In this document: piece after piece, positions 52,641 to 64,000 of the stretch
How positions within the stretch are numbered: the first letter of the stretch is position 1
Layout of the letters: every line of letters begins with the position of its first letter
From: Camelus dromedarius
Lineage: Eukaryota
Reading direction: 5' to 3'
Assembly: GCF_036321535.1 (NCBI RefSeq)
Contig: NC_087436.1
Coordinates: 100,628,001 to 100,692,000, forward strand
Length of the DNA: 64,000 bases
The notes under the pieces: model-generated
Seen by the model: the letters and a program-made list of their open reading frames with translations, nothing else
Database searches by the model: none
Told to the model about the DNA's origin: nothing
Program-made: the position numbers and the translations under genes

Positions 52641-53705
52641 GCAGTGAGGGAAAGTTTCTCCCCATCAGATAGAAAATGGGTTACGTCAGGGAGCTGGAAA
52701 GAACCAAGCAGCCATCCTGGGTTTCCCATAGTCTTGACTATTTAATTTACAGCTATTGTTTACACATCTTAATTTACCTGATTTAGGAACAAGTTGTTAC
52801 ATGTTATAAGGATATCAGAACGGCAAATGTCTAGCAAAGAAGAGTCAATATTTTTTTCTGCTGAAGCAGAATGAACTTCATCCACATGTGCTATATTATA
52901 GATTCTTGTGTTGTTTCTGCCTTTGCATGAATGTCAGTAGGGCACTTCCCTGATACATGGGTTCAGTAGTTTTAGTCTGAGCTTCAGTTTTGATGACAGA
53001 TAACATTTTATGTCAGGAGTTATAAGACGTCAGGAGTTTCACACAATTTCTAGAACACTTATAACACATATCCATGCAGATGCAACATAAAGAAGGCTGA
53101 ACACCCCTTCTTATTTGATAATGCTTCCCATGTAACTTAGCATATCAAATATGACTAATTAGTTTAATATTTCTTCTTTTATAAGGAGAGAAAACATCTC
53201 AAAGTTAGTTCTAAGATTAAAAAGACTTCATTGAGAATTTAATTTGGGGGAAGTTTGTCAAAAATATCAGAGCGGTTTCGCTGATACAATGCTTAGTTAT
53301 CCATTTAACCAAAATAACAAAAGCTTCATAGGCAAATTTAGAAGGGTATAAAGTTTTGAGCAAAACTTAGCTCTTTTAATATTGAGAGGATGAGACTTAC
53401 TTAAGTAATCAAAGACCTGTTAAAAACAATAAAAAAAATATAGACCGTGAGTAATTATTTTGACAAGACATAAGACCTTTGTTTTGTTTTTAGGCAGAAT
53501 AAATGGAAAGAAGAACCTTTCATAATCTCTTATTATCAAGAGTAGATCAATAGAAAAAGAATTTTCCTTTTAACAGACAGAAAACCAAATTTTAATTTTG
53601 CACCAGTCTATTTTTAATATTAAAACTCACTTACTTAATTAAATTTATTCCAATATTTTCCAGTTCTGACCACACATAAAATTCCTTTCTAAAGATCCCC
53701 TTTTT

Positions 53706-53858
53706 CTCATGGTGAAAAAGAATATGAAAATGGAAAATGAATACATATATATTCATGTATGACTGAAAAATTGTGCTGTACACCAGTAATTGACTAAACA
53801 TTGCAAACTGACTATTACTCAATAAAAAAAATTGTAAAAATTTTGTAAAAAAATATAA
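53706..53858 (+). mobile_element. Camelid-type L1 3' end (5'-truncated) inserted into the ERV
   Basis: gaaaaagaatatgaaaat...tatgactgaaaaattgtgctgtacaccag...ctcaataaaaaaaa; TSD aaagatccccttttt (53691-53705) / aaagatccctgttttt (from 53859). Confidence 0.88.
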
Positions 53859-55994
53859 AAAGATCCCTGTTTTTACAAACATTTTACAAATTTACATGTA
53901 CATTTTAGTTTGTCATTTGTTTTCTTTCTCATTTAGAAATAACCAGCTTTAGAACAAAATCACTTTATTTTTCTTAAAAAACATCTCCACACCTTGTACC
54001 TTTTCTTACCACAAAACACATTCCATTTCCATTATTATATCCGGTAGCTTTAACACCATATATTTATTAGAACTCTTAATCCTTTGAAACTTTAATCTTT
54101 TAGTGAAAATAAAGAAGCAAACAAATGTGAACTGTGTTAACATTTTGTGGCTTGGCAAATTTATAAAATCATTTTATAATTTCTAGAAACATATCCTATT
54201 ACATGGTATAATTTTCAGTGAACCAGAAAATATATTTATGAATAGACCCAAGTATACTTAATCTTTCTATAATAAGAGATCAAAATAGGTAAATTTGTTT
54301 AGCAATTAATATTTTAGTATTTTATCTTATTTGGAAATGATCTAGATATACAATGAATTACTATCATTTAACTTAGCAAAACTCTCATGGTGTAAATCAC
54401 CAAAGAAGTTTAGGAAACGATTTAAGTAGATATATCATGAAACAATTGTTAAAATGTTCACCTGAAAACTCTTATCATCTACATCTATTTAATTCATTTA
54501 TTCTTAATAATTATACTTGAATCATTCATGGAAATTTCATGTACCATTAAAGCAGTTAGTCATTATCTTAATTTTTTTCTTTGCTGACAAACTCTGCAAC
54601 AGATACATTAGTCCATTTGACTAGTAAACCCAGGTAGAACAAAAATTGTTTATCTCCATTATATTTAGTGTAAATCCTAAAGGCATACCTGTATCACTTA
54701 AATCAACAAGATTAAAATTGGTTTTTATTTACTAAAAATCGTCCTAGATCAAGTGAATTTGAAAAACATTTGAGTTAGTTTCTATTATATTTTTGACAAT
54801 TTTTATTTAAGTGCTTATTTGTTTAAGGCAATTAAATAGAGCTCTTTCATAAATGAATTTTGGCCATACCACTGGAGGTAGAAAAACACAGTATCTATGA
54901 CATAGACACATAGACATAAAAACAGACACAGCCGGAGGTCTTAGAGTTTTCATTTTAAAACTTTAGTCATGAATCAGGTACAATACAAAGCTCACTAGCT
55001 TATAAATAACATTTGAATAAGTTAGATTACTCAGGTGGCTAAAAATGTTTTATTATTTGTGGAGAAGATTCTTAGGATCTGTATTTGCCCTTGACAAGCA
55101 ACTTTAAGCAGCCTGTTTGTGCAAGAGAGAGTCCTTTTAGCAGAATGCGCTTCTAAAAGCCCTCTTGCCTTATTATTATTTTTTAAACATGATTCAGGCT
55201 TCACTGACTGAGGTACTCTGGGCTCAGTCTCAGGTAATGTGAGCTGTGTTTACACTTCAATGACATGATAAGATTTATAACTTTAAGGGACAGAGAAAGA
55301 AAACGTAATTTTTCTGCTAGGAATTTTGAAGTATATTTGTCCGTTATCATAAGTCTTAGGGTAATCATTATTAATTTGTTTTCTTAAGTACAGGGCGATT
55401 TTGCTCTATTATCCTGGTCTTTCATAATGCCTTTAATCATTTTGAAAGGACTAAGAAAGACCTTGGGACTGGTAAAGATAGGGGCCCTTGACTTGTTTCT
55501 AGAGTTGTACTTCTGATTTTGTAGGGATTTACAGGACAAGGACTGTTGTATCTATTAGCCCTTAAATATTGGCATCTAGCTGATTTATTTTCTGGTTATT
55601 TGTAAGAAGGAGTGAGGGATTGCTGAGGAAGTGGGGCAGTTTTTCTCCTCATCCAATGGGCTTAGTTTTAAAAGGGGGCTACCACAACAGAGTATCAGTG
55701 AGTGCTCTGGGCTCAAGGATGTGAATTAGTGTGGGAGGAGGAGGTAGAGGAAAGGAGTCAGTCAGATAAAAGTGAAGCTCAGGAAAAGGCAAGTAAAGGG
55801 ATGGAGGAGAAGTTGAAGAATTTGGGAACGGCGTGACAGAAGGGTAAGAAAACTCAGCTGATTTTTCAAGTTGACAGTCTGAGTCAACTTTTCATTTATA
55901 GCTTAGAAGGAAGCAATTTCTCAGTGTTACCTTTAGAGACCTCTTCATACCAATTAAAATATGCTTCCTACTTATTTTGTCTGGTTCTGATACT

Positions 55995-56160
55995 TTTTTT
56001 AGTCATGCACAAAGATAGACTAATTTGGGCATTTGGAAATCTTCTCATTTTGGCCAGTGCAATTTAAAATTATCCCAGGTTAAATGGGTCCATTTAGATA
56101 GGTAGTTACAGGCTGAGAGTCCACAGGTGTTAAACATAAAGCTGGCGGTATTCCTGGGGG
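55995..56160 (-). pseudogene. ERV1 gag (matrix) relic
   Basis: Manual translation PRNTASFMFNTCGLSACNYLSKWTHLTWDNFKLHWPK*EDFQMPKLVYL; gammaretroviral-like MA with WP motif and in-frame stops. Confidence 0.65.
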
Positions 56161-56477
56161 AGGGGGCAGGGATTCATTTTCTTCACATTTTTGCTGTGAG
56201 AACTTCACATTTTGAGTACTCACCAAAATTTTTTAAAAACCTTGAAACACAGATCTCTAGATGGACACTCCCACTCCCAAAAGAGAGGGAGATTAGTGTT
56301 GACATTGAGAAACAACCTAATAAAGACCCAAACCTCCACCAAATGGGAGGTTTGGAACAAAAGTCCTAACTTCACAGCCTCCAAGCGACTGAAGACACAG
56401 CTTCCTGCGGTGGGTCCAGGTAGGTATCACACACCGAGTCTAAAGGCGCTCCAGACTGTTGAGAGGCACTGACCTGG

Positions 56478-56495
56478 ATCCTGCCTACGACACCA
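56478..56495 (-). other. Retroviral primer-binding site, tRNA-Ser-like
   Basis: TGGTGTCGTAGGCAGGAT, 15/18 to TGGCGTAGTCGGCAGGAT (complement of the tRNA-Ser 3' end), immediately inside the LTR. Confidence 0.75.
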
Positions 56496-56499
56496 GCTA

Positions 56500-56972
56500 A
56501 GTTAATCACAATTTCAGAAACAGAGACCTGATTGAAATAAACAAGTGTTTACTGGGGTTTATGAGGATCGCAGCCCTGGAGACACAGATTCAAGTACCAC
56601 TTGAATTGTGTTCCACTCAACTACAAAATGGAGGAAGGAAGTTTATAAAGGCAAAAACCTCAAGGCCACAGTTCATTGCATGAGTTTTTATCAAGAACTA
56701 TAATTGGAGCTGGCAAGAAGTGAGGGTTCTCCTTAAGCCAGGATTAGTTGGGGTCCAAAATGATTGCATAGTTACAAAGGGGAACAACCTCAAGTCCACA
56801 AGTCTGCAGCTAGCAGATGTTGTTTTTTAAATGGCTGGTGGTGTCCTTGAGTTTGGTACAGTTCACAGAAAGTTCAAGTTCTCAGGACTGCGGAGATATG
56901 TCTAAGACCAAATCTTCAATGGCCATCCAACCCCACTTTGTATGCCTGAACTATGATTTCAATCTGTCAACA
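56500..56972 (-). mobile_element. 5' LTR of the ERV1 provirus
   Basis: Starts tgttgacag on the minus strand, abuts the PBS; plus strand shows the MER4-group-like cagccctggagacacagattcaag. Confidence 0.8.
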
Positions 56973-57189
56973 GGTGCTACCCTTCTGTGACTTAACAGTC
57001 TGTCTCCCTTACTAAAATCTTATATTTTCTCTAAGACTTTTGACTTATTAAATTACCACACAAAGATTTTAATCATGTGTCTAGTCATTTGATTGCCAGA
57101 TGCCTCATGAGAAAATTTTTTTTCAGATTTTCACTGTGGCACATTTCCCTTGGCATATTTACTGTCTTGATATGATGGATATTACTTTT

Positions 57190-57680
57190 GATTTTCCAAT
57201 AACCAACCTGATTTTCAAATTCTTCCATGCTCTCCACCCAGTGTGGAAGCCTGTGAACTACATTTCCCAGAATCACTTACACTCAGGATTATGAATTAAA
57301 TTCCAGTAATGAAAAGAACTTACATGTGATTTATAAGGCAAAAGAGTAGCAAAGGTTAATATTGTTCCTATAACAGCCTATAAGCTTCTCATGATCTTCA
57401 GCAGATCTTAGACACACGTTGTCCTGCAGCTCCTGTCTTATCTGAATAATCGCTCACTTGGTGCTGCAGACAACCAAGATTAACCACAGTGGTTTTTGAT
57501 ATTTCTTGCATTTCTTGATTTCCTAAATATTAGAAGCAGTAGCCCTGATCTTTGTGCCTCCAAGCTTTTCAATGTATATGTGTTTGTTTGCAATTCCTTT
57601 AAAGCTTCAAAATCCCTTTATAAGCCCTTCTCTTTAACATACCCATAAGTATTTTATTTTTTCTGATTCAGCCAAATGTT
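57190..57680 (+). mobile_element. Old ERVL LTR (LTR33/LTR41/LTR50-like)
   Basis: gaagcctgtgaactacatttcccagaatc...cttacatgtgatttataaggcaaaag...aaaatcccttt. Confidence 0.6.
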
Positions 57681-58435
57681 GTGATTGGTGAAAATTGATC
57701 CCCTATAAATGGATTTTAAGATACACTGATTCTGTGTTCAAATTTGCAGAAGTAATTGACTTGACAATTCTATACACTGGCATTTTTGTGGGAGGATATA
57801 AAAATATTCCCAACTTCACAAAGACTGAATGTTGCGATGTCAGATTTGAATCTTTGATATGGAAATTAGAGATAGACTAGTGGTGCCAAAACAAAAGAGA
57901 TAATTGCAGCTCAGGAGATCAGTGGGGAAAGCACGAAGGAGAAAATAAAATGGAGGAAAACTGGTCTTATTTAGTTCATAAACTTAAACAAAGTTTACTT
58001 CCTTCCATCATCCTGAAAGGTATCACAGTTAGATTGTGGTCCAAATAGATTATGCAATACCTTAACCTAGAAGAGGCAGGGTATGTGATAACGTGGCCAA
58101 GTCTAGAATGCTTATGAAATAAAATCTGCTAACTCAATAGCCAAGTGGGCCATATGGAGTAGATTTTACAGAGTCTAAATGACTTTCTTTTTGCACCATT
58201 GTGGCCAATGAATGTTCTGATTTGCATCCAAATATTCATGTAAAGATGGGCCAAGATGATTGATTCAAATTAGAAACTAACCAAAAGAGTTCATGAAATC
58301 TCTCTTTCTTTGTGGCTTAAAATTCATATGGTGTGTGAAATAATTACTTTTAAATTCTAGGTCTTTATGACTGACTTAGAAGTATATTTATAATATAGAA
58401 GCATTATATTTTGTATATTTGTTTATTTATAAACT

Positions 58436-58560
58436 TCTGTCTTTTCTACTAGTACATAGTCCAAATGAAAGGTAATTTCTTGCTTGTTTTTTTTTTTTTC
58501 CTCTGCTATATCTTCATCTAGAACGGTGCCAGTAATTGTTGACTAAATGAAGAAATGAAT
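58436..58560 (+). mobile_element. L2a 3' end
   Basis: ctctgctatatcttcatctagaacggtgcc...tgttgactaaatgaagaaatgaat. Confidence 0.7.
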
Positions 58561-58694
58561 TAGGGAATATAACTGTCTACAATAGGAATGAATTCCAAAA
58601 GGAATACACTTAGAGCTAGTAGAAGTATTGAGATATCCAACTATAAAAGGTTATCAGGGTTTCATAAAATATCTCCCCATGGAAACATTACCTT

Positions 58695-60102
58695 CTGTAG
58701 ATATCAAACTTTTTGGTCTCAAAACTCCTTTACACTCATAAAAATTACTAAAAACTGAAAAAAGACTTTAGTTTATGTAGATTATATCTATCAGTATTGA
58801 CTTGCTGTATTAGAACTTACCACTGAAAAATTTTATGTATTATGCTAAAATAACAATAATAAACCTATTACATAAAACATAAATAATATATTTTATGAAA
58901 AATAACCATATTTTTAAAGTAAATAATAAATTAGCAAAAAAGAATAACATTGTTTTACAATTCTGCAAATCTCTTTGAGATATGACTTAATCGAAAGCAG
59001 CTGAGTTTTCATATTTGCATCTGCACTTGATCAGTTGCAACATGTTGTTTTGTCTGAAGTCTGTGCAGAAAATTCAGGCTCATACAAGTAAGTAGTTGAA
59101 AAGGAAAGAGGTGTTTGACTGACTTTTAGAAAATTATTGATATTCTTCTTTTATACTTCACCAAAACTTGTGAAATGATAGCTACTTTAAAGTCAGTTGC
59201 AAAGTAGAATCTGAAACTAAGTTGATTTTTCATGCTCTGATTCATTAAAATGCCATGGACCCATCATACACTGTGAAAGTATGCTTTGCCCTTGAATGAT
59301 TTTATGACATCATGCATTGGTCATGTGAAAGGCATTGGTTCTTTGATCTATTAAAACACTACAAATGTTTATACATTTTATTTTATAATATCAAAAAATC
59401 ACATTTTATAACTATTTCCAGTCTCAGCAGAAATGTTCTTAAGTATTGAGGAGCTCATGGGAATGTATTCAAGTTTTCCAGAAGGCTAATTTTCACTTTG
59501 AGCATTCAAATTTTAACATTGGCAAAAACCACTGTCATTTGTTTTCCATGAAGTGACAGGCTCACATCATTTAATTTTGAAAAGAATTCTTGTCAAATAT
59601 CCAGTTGTAAGTAAACATAATTTGTCAATAAATCATTCATTCAAGTACAAATGGAATTTCATGAAAAAAAGCAACCTCCTTCAGCTTGCAATTCAAATAA
59701 TTCCCAGTGTTTTTTCTGGGAACAATCATCACACTTTGGTTATGCAACAGAAGAGCTTGATACATATTTGCTACTTTGTCACATCAAATTGCAAAGATAT
59801 TTACTCAAACATCAAGATTCAATGAAAGTATTTGTTGTTATGGCTTCATAATGCGTTCTTTTTCTTTTTCTTTATTTTCCCTGTGAGAATGTGGAGTTGA
59901 ATGACTACTAATGTAATTGGTACCACGACCTTGATTAGTGCTAAGGCACCTTTACACATTCTTGCTTTTTTACCATTTTGACAAAGATCAATAGAAGGGA
60001 GAGAAAAAATGAATAATGTTTTAGTATCACTATGATTCTCCCACCACAGAACTCCTGCAAGGGTTTCTGTGACCCCTCCAGGCCCCTTACATTTGAACAT
60101 GG
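58695..60102 (-). mobile_element. Charlie1a (hAT) non-autonomous element, ~1.4 kb
   Basis: caaactttttggtctcaaaactcctttacactc terminus; gaagtgacaggctcac, aataatgttttagtatcactatga and gggtttctgtgacccc are Charlie1-like. Confidence 0.88.
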
Positions 60103-60113
60103 AAATAGAAATT

Positions 60114-60684
60114 TGTATAGACTGCCATATATAACTCTGCCAGACTGCCATAACAAAATACTTCAGACTAGATTGCTTAAACCATCCAAGTTTAAAAAAA
60201 TTATTTACAACAAATGAAAATATGGACCTTTGTAAACCAAACTATAACATCTGAAAAAAAATCTGAAGATGTGGTTTTGACAGCATACTTTAAAAACTGT
60301 GCCACAAGATATGTGTAATTTTGATGATTTTCATTGTTTATAAGTGTGTGTTCTGATTCGATATAAATAATGTTTCTGCTAAGTAATAGAAAGAAAAATG
60401 CCTTAAATACATTGCATTAAATTTATGAATTCCAAAAGGAATACACTTATAAATTTAATGCAAAAATGCATTAAATACATATGACCAGAAAAGTTTAAAG
60501 CCAAAAAAAAAAAAAAAATGCAAATTTATTTTCTCATGGTTCTGGAAGATAGAAGTCCAAGATCACAGTATTGGCAGGTTTGGTTTCTCCTGAAGCTTCT
60601 CTCTTTGGCTTGCAGGTGACCACCTGCTCGCTGTGTCTTTACGTGACATTTTCTCTGTATAGGGACATCCCAGGTGTCTCTTCC
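60114..60684 (-). mobile_element. MLT1A/B-like LTR split into 60114-60182 and 60519-60684 by an insertion
   Basis: gactgccataacaaaatacttcagactagattgcttaaac | aaatttattttctcatggttctggaagatagaagtccaagatca are contiguous in MLT1 consensus. Confidence 0.85.
60183..60518 (+). pseudogene. Putative 5'-truncated retrocopy of a polyadenylated RNA 3' end
   Basis: Non-MLT AT-rich insert, ATTAAA at 60470-60475, A16 at 60503-60518; no clear TSD; parent gene not recognised. Confidence 0.5.
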
Positions 60685-60764
60685 AAGTCCTAATCCTGGA
60701 ATAATGTCATTCAAACTTTCTCTGTCTACACACATATCCATACATATTGATTTATTTAAGCATA

Positions 60765-60975
60765 CATTATAAAATAATTCTACAAAGATTACATGACTAA
60801 CTCATCCTTTAAAATAAAACATTACATGAATGTAATTCCTCTTGATCATTCCCTTGCAATTCTAACTCACCTCCGACTTTCCACTATAAAGTTCAATGTG
60901 TATCATTTTAGATATTTTCGGGTATTTTACAAATGTATTTAAGTGCACAGAGTTTCTTTAAAGGATATCATATTT
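60765..60975 (-). mobile_element. Old L1ME 3' fragment
   Basis: ccactataaagttcaatgtgtatcattttagatatttt...ggatatcatatt. Confidence 0.45.
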
Positions 60976-62238
60976 TATAAACTTTTAAATTCCTTTTCAA
61001 AGGCATAGGCAAAGCCAGAGCCGCTAAAATCAGAGGCTGTTTCAGGTTCATGGAAATCTGCTTTCCAAGAAATAGAAAAGAGGTTGGATGAAGGTTGTAA
61101 AAAGCTGAAGTCTGCTTTATTAACCTTATGGAAAACCTTTAGGGATGACCTTTCCATTTTAGTCTGCTTCGTCAAAAGAGCTTAAAGATGCAGATTCTTA
61201 TGCTATTTGCATGAATTTTATATTTTTCCATGTTGATTAAAATTGGCTTTATGTATGTGGAGCCATCAAAAACTCAAAATGACCCATATATTTATTTTAA
61301 GTACCTCTTTAAAATCATTTTATGTGTCAACTACCTCAGGAATTTTATCTCATAATCATCCTATGACAGAGTCTAAACACTTTAAAACATTTTCAGATTA
61401 TGGTTGAGGAACAAACTTTTTTGGTCACTGTTACTTTACTTTTATTTACCTAGAAAAAAAATTAACGAATATAGACTATTTCAATCTACTAATCTTGAAA
61501 TTTAACTAAATAAATGCATACATATACATTTGTAAATTTCAGACAAGCTTTAAATCAGCTTTCAGCAAAGTTACTATCAAATTAGCCAACATAAAATAAG
61601 AGTTTGGGTCATGTATGGGAATCTCAACTTATCACTCATTTATGCATATGTATATTTATGTATATTTATTCCTTGATATAGGTATATTTTTTCTAAATGC
61701 AAAATTAATAATTTCTCATTTATTTTTTAATTTTAAGAATAAAATATAGCTAAAACATGAACTTCTCCAGTATTTTTTAAATTTTAGTCTAAAAACAGTT
61801 TTTAATTGTCCTTAGGCTCAAAGGTCAGGTTATCAAATTAATCAGCAATTCTTAATTCTGTCTTACATATTTTTGTTATTTTGTAAGAACATTTCTTTCT
61901 CTAAAGAAGAGAGACTATTTCACTTCTTTCATATATTAAACTTATTTCATGTTTAGGCTTTTCCTCTCCTCCTTCTTCTATTTACTCTCCAATTTTGATC
62001 GACAGTTTTATTAATTATAGTGTTCTCTTCTCCCCAAAAGGCAATAGATTGAAATATGGTCTTTTCTGATTCACTACATGGTTGGTTACCTGTGTACATC
62101 ATTATCATGTAAGTTCAGAAGACCCTAGTGGCTAATTCTTCTTTTTTCTTTTTTTAAATTATACTTTAACCCACTTTTAATGTCTGCAATTGTAGTATAA
62201 ATTTATTTTGTGCACTTAACTAATTTGTAACCTAAATA

Positions 62239-62732
62239 CAAATCCTCCCTCAACCTATGATAGGGTCATGCCCCCATAAATCCATCTTAAGTTGAAAATA
62301 TCATAAGTCAAAAACGCATTTAATACATATAATTTACCAAACATCATTGCTTAACCTAGTCTACCTTAAATGTGCTCAGAACTGTTACATTAGCCTACAG
62401 TTGGGCAAAATCCTCTAATACAAAGCCTATTTTATAACAAACTGTTTAATATCTCATGAAATTTATTGAGTACTCTATTGAAAGGGAAAAACAGAATGGT
62501 TGTGTGGATACAGCATGGTTGTCAGTGTATTGATTGTCTCCCCTCCTGATGGCATGGCTGACTGGGAACTATGGCTCCCTACTGCTGCCCAGCATCCCAA
62601 GGAGGATCCCACCACATATTGCTGACCCAGAATAGATAAAAATTTAAAATTCAAAGTATGGTTTCAACTGAATGCGTATTGCTTTTGTACCATCATAGTA
62701 AAAAAAAAAATCATTAAGCCAAGGACCATCTG
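62239..62732 (+). mobile_element. Tigger5b/MER47-family MITE
   Basis: taagttgaaaatatcataagtc...attagcctacagttgggcaaaatc...ggaccatctg; TA flanks on both sides. Confidence 0.92.
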
Positions 62733-64000
62733 TACTGATATACATGTATTGTTCACATACTTACCCACATCCATAGCAAAGTCACCCCATCATATATGAA
62801 ATAGATAAGCCATATAAAGTCAATATATTCAAATATATCTCAAATGTGGAATATGTATTTAAAACAGAAAAGAATGTGATCTAGTCTGCATCTTTGCTCA
62901 CTAATTAAAATTCAAGCTAACAATCATGGTTCAGTTTTAAACTCAGGAGATTGGTTCTCTATCTATACACATGGAAAATATTTGACCCAAACAGCAGTTC
63001 TCTTCCTGTAGCTGGCATTTTAATTTCCAAAGAGTCACAGGTCCTTTCTTCAAAGCAATGGAACTAGTTTTGATTACTCTCTGAATGTAGAATGGTGATG
63101 GCTCAGGCACAGATGCTTCCGTTTATAAAGAAACCATGTAACCATAAACATCTTAAACCAACAATACTTACTTTTTAAAAAATCATATAAATGTTCCACA
63201 TAATAAAATCATTGCTCATGCTATACTTATGGTACGTGTAAATGTTGGTCTCTTCCTAACTGTCCAGTTGCAGTGAATTGTGAAAGCTAAGCTTCCCATG
63301 CATTTAATTGTGATACTTGGCAGCTGATAACCTCTGATAGTCTAAGGCATGCAATTACAGCTGTTTTTCCTCAACTGTTGTTCTTACCTGTGCAAGTTGT
63401 TGATGCCACAGTAAGCTCACCAGACAAATCTTTTTAATGACACAGACTACAAAAATCCAAACAACAGCAAATGCTCATGTTCAACAAAGGTAATGCTAAG
63501 ACGTACCTACTGGTACCAAGTTTTAGTCCCAAGGGAATTTGTTACTTTAGTGACTTTAGTAAGAACTCTTCGTACTCAGCCTTTCAAGCTTATTAATTTG
63601 TTTTTTTGGTAGACAAACTGAAAGTATAGCTGTGTTTTCAAAGACAGGCTCCTGTTAATTGAGTTTAATAGATTGCTGTACAAGATTAAAATGTTAATTG
63701 ATAAATTTTCAATAAAAAGTATAATTATCCCATAAGCAGAAATACTCATATTGGTATAGTGTAGAAGACCAGAGACATAGTGTTGACATGTGTTGAGGAT
63801 CACAAAATATTTTGAATATCTTTGAACAATTTGGGAACTTCTCCTACAATAAACAAATGTGCGTAAATATAGTATCATGTTTACTGTTTCCTGGAGATGA
63901 TTTCCACATGATTCCAATTGTTTTTACCAAGTGACTTCTACTTTTGGAATAAGAGAAATTTACAGATATTGAACAGAAAAGTTCAAATGAAGGAAAAAAT

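Larger units (their letters stand above)
51745..56498 (-). mobile_element. ERV1 (MER4-group-like) internal region of a 3'-truncated provirus
   Basis: PBS, gag relic and integrase relic in correct order on the minus strand, separated by long AT-rich non-coding internal sequence typical of non-autonomous MER4-group elements. Confidence 0.8.

Noticed and set aside
63576..63917. 113-aa minus-strand ORF
   Set aside because: AT-rich chance ORF with a non-ATG start and no domain or splice support
1..64000. Inferring a host-gene strand from repeat orientation bias
   Set aside because: L1s are mostly plus and many LTRs are minus, so the signals conflict and the counts are too small

Overview
AT-rich mammalian non-coding DNA (intergenic or deep intronic), very probably from a camelid. 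A tRNA-Ala-derived Vic-1-type SINE (50166-50310) and a camelid-type L1 3' end (53706-53858) are present, and I saw no Alu, Bov-A/tA, PRE-1 or Can-SINE. I recognise no protein-coding exon, RNA gene or CRISPR array. The supplied ORFs are chance ORFs or transposon relics. Much of the window is fossil transposable elements: a near full-length Charlie5 hAT, Charlie1a, MER58A, MER2B, Tigger2-type and Tigger5/MER47 MITEs, L1 (L1MC/L1ME/L1MA), L2, MIR, MaLR/ERVL LTRs and a truncated ERV1 provirus. The most unusual structures are: (i) a templated-insertion, snap-back and duplication scar at 60394-60480 inside an apparent polyadenylated retrocopy that splits an MLT1 LTR; (ii) two GC/CpG-enriched tracts in ancient repeats that may record GC-biased gene conversion; (iii) a Tigger MITE carrying a captured MIR fragment; (iv) several repeat-free motif clusters that may be enhancers. 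Subfamily names come from my recollection of consensus sequences, and repeat boundaries are approximate unless TIRs/TSDs are quoted. I found no evidence for a new multi-gene biological system.
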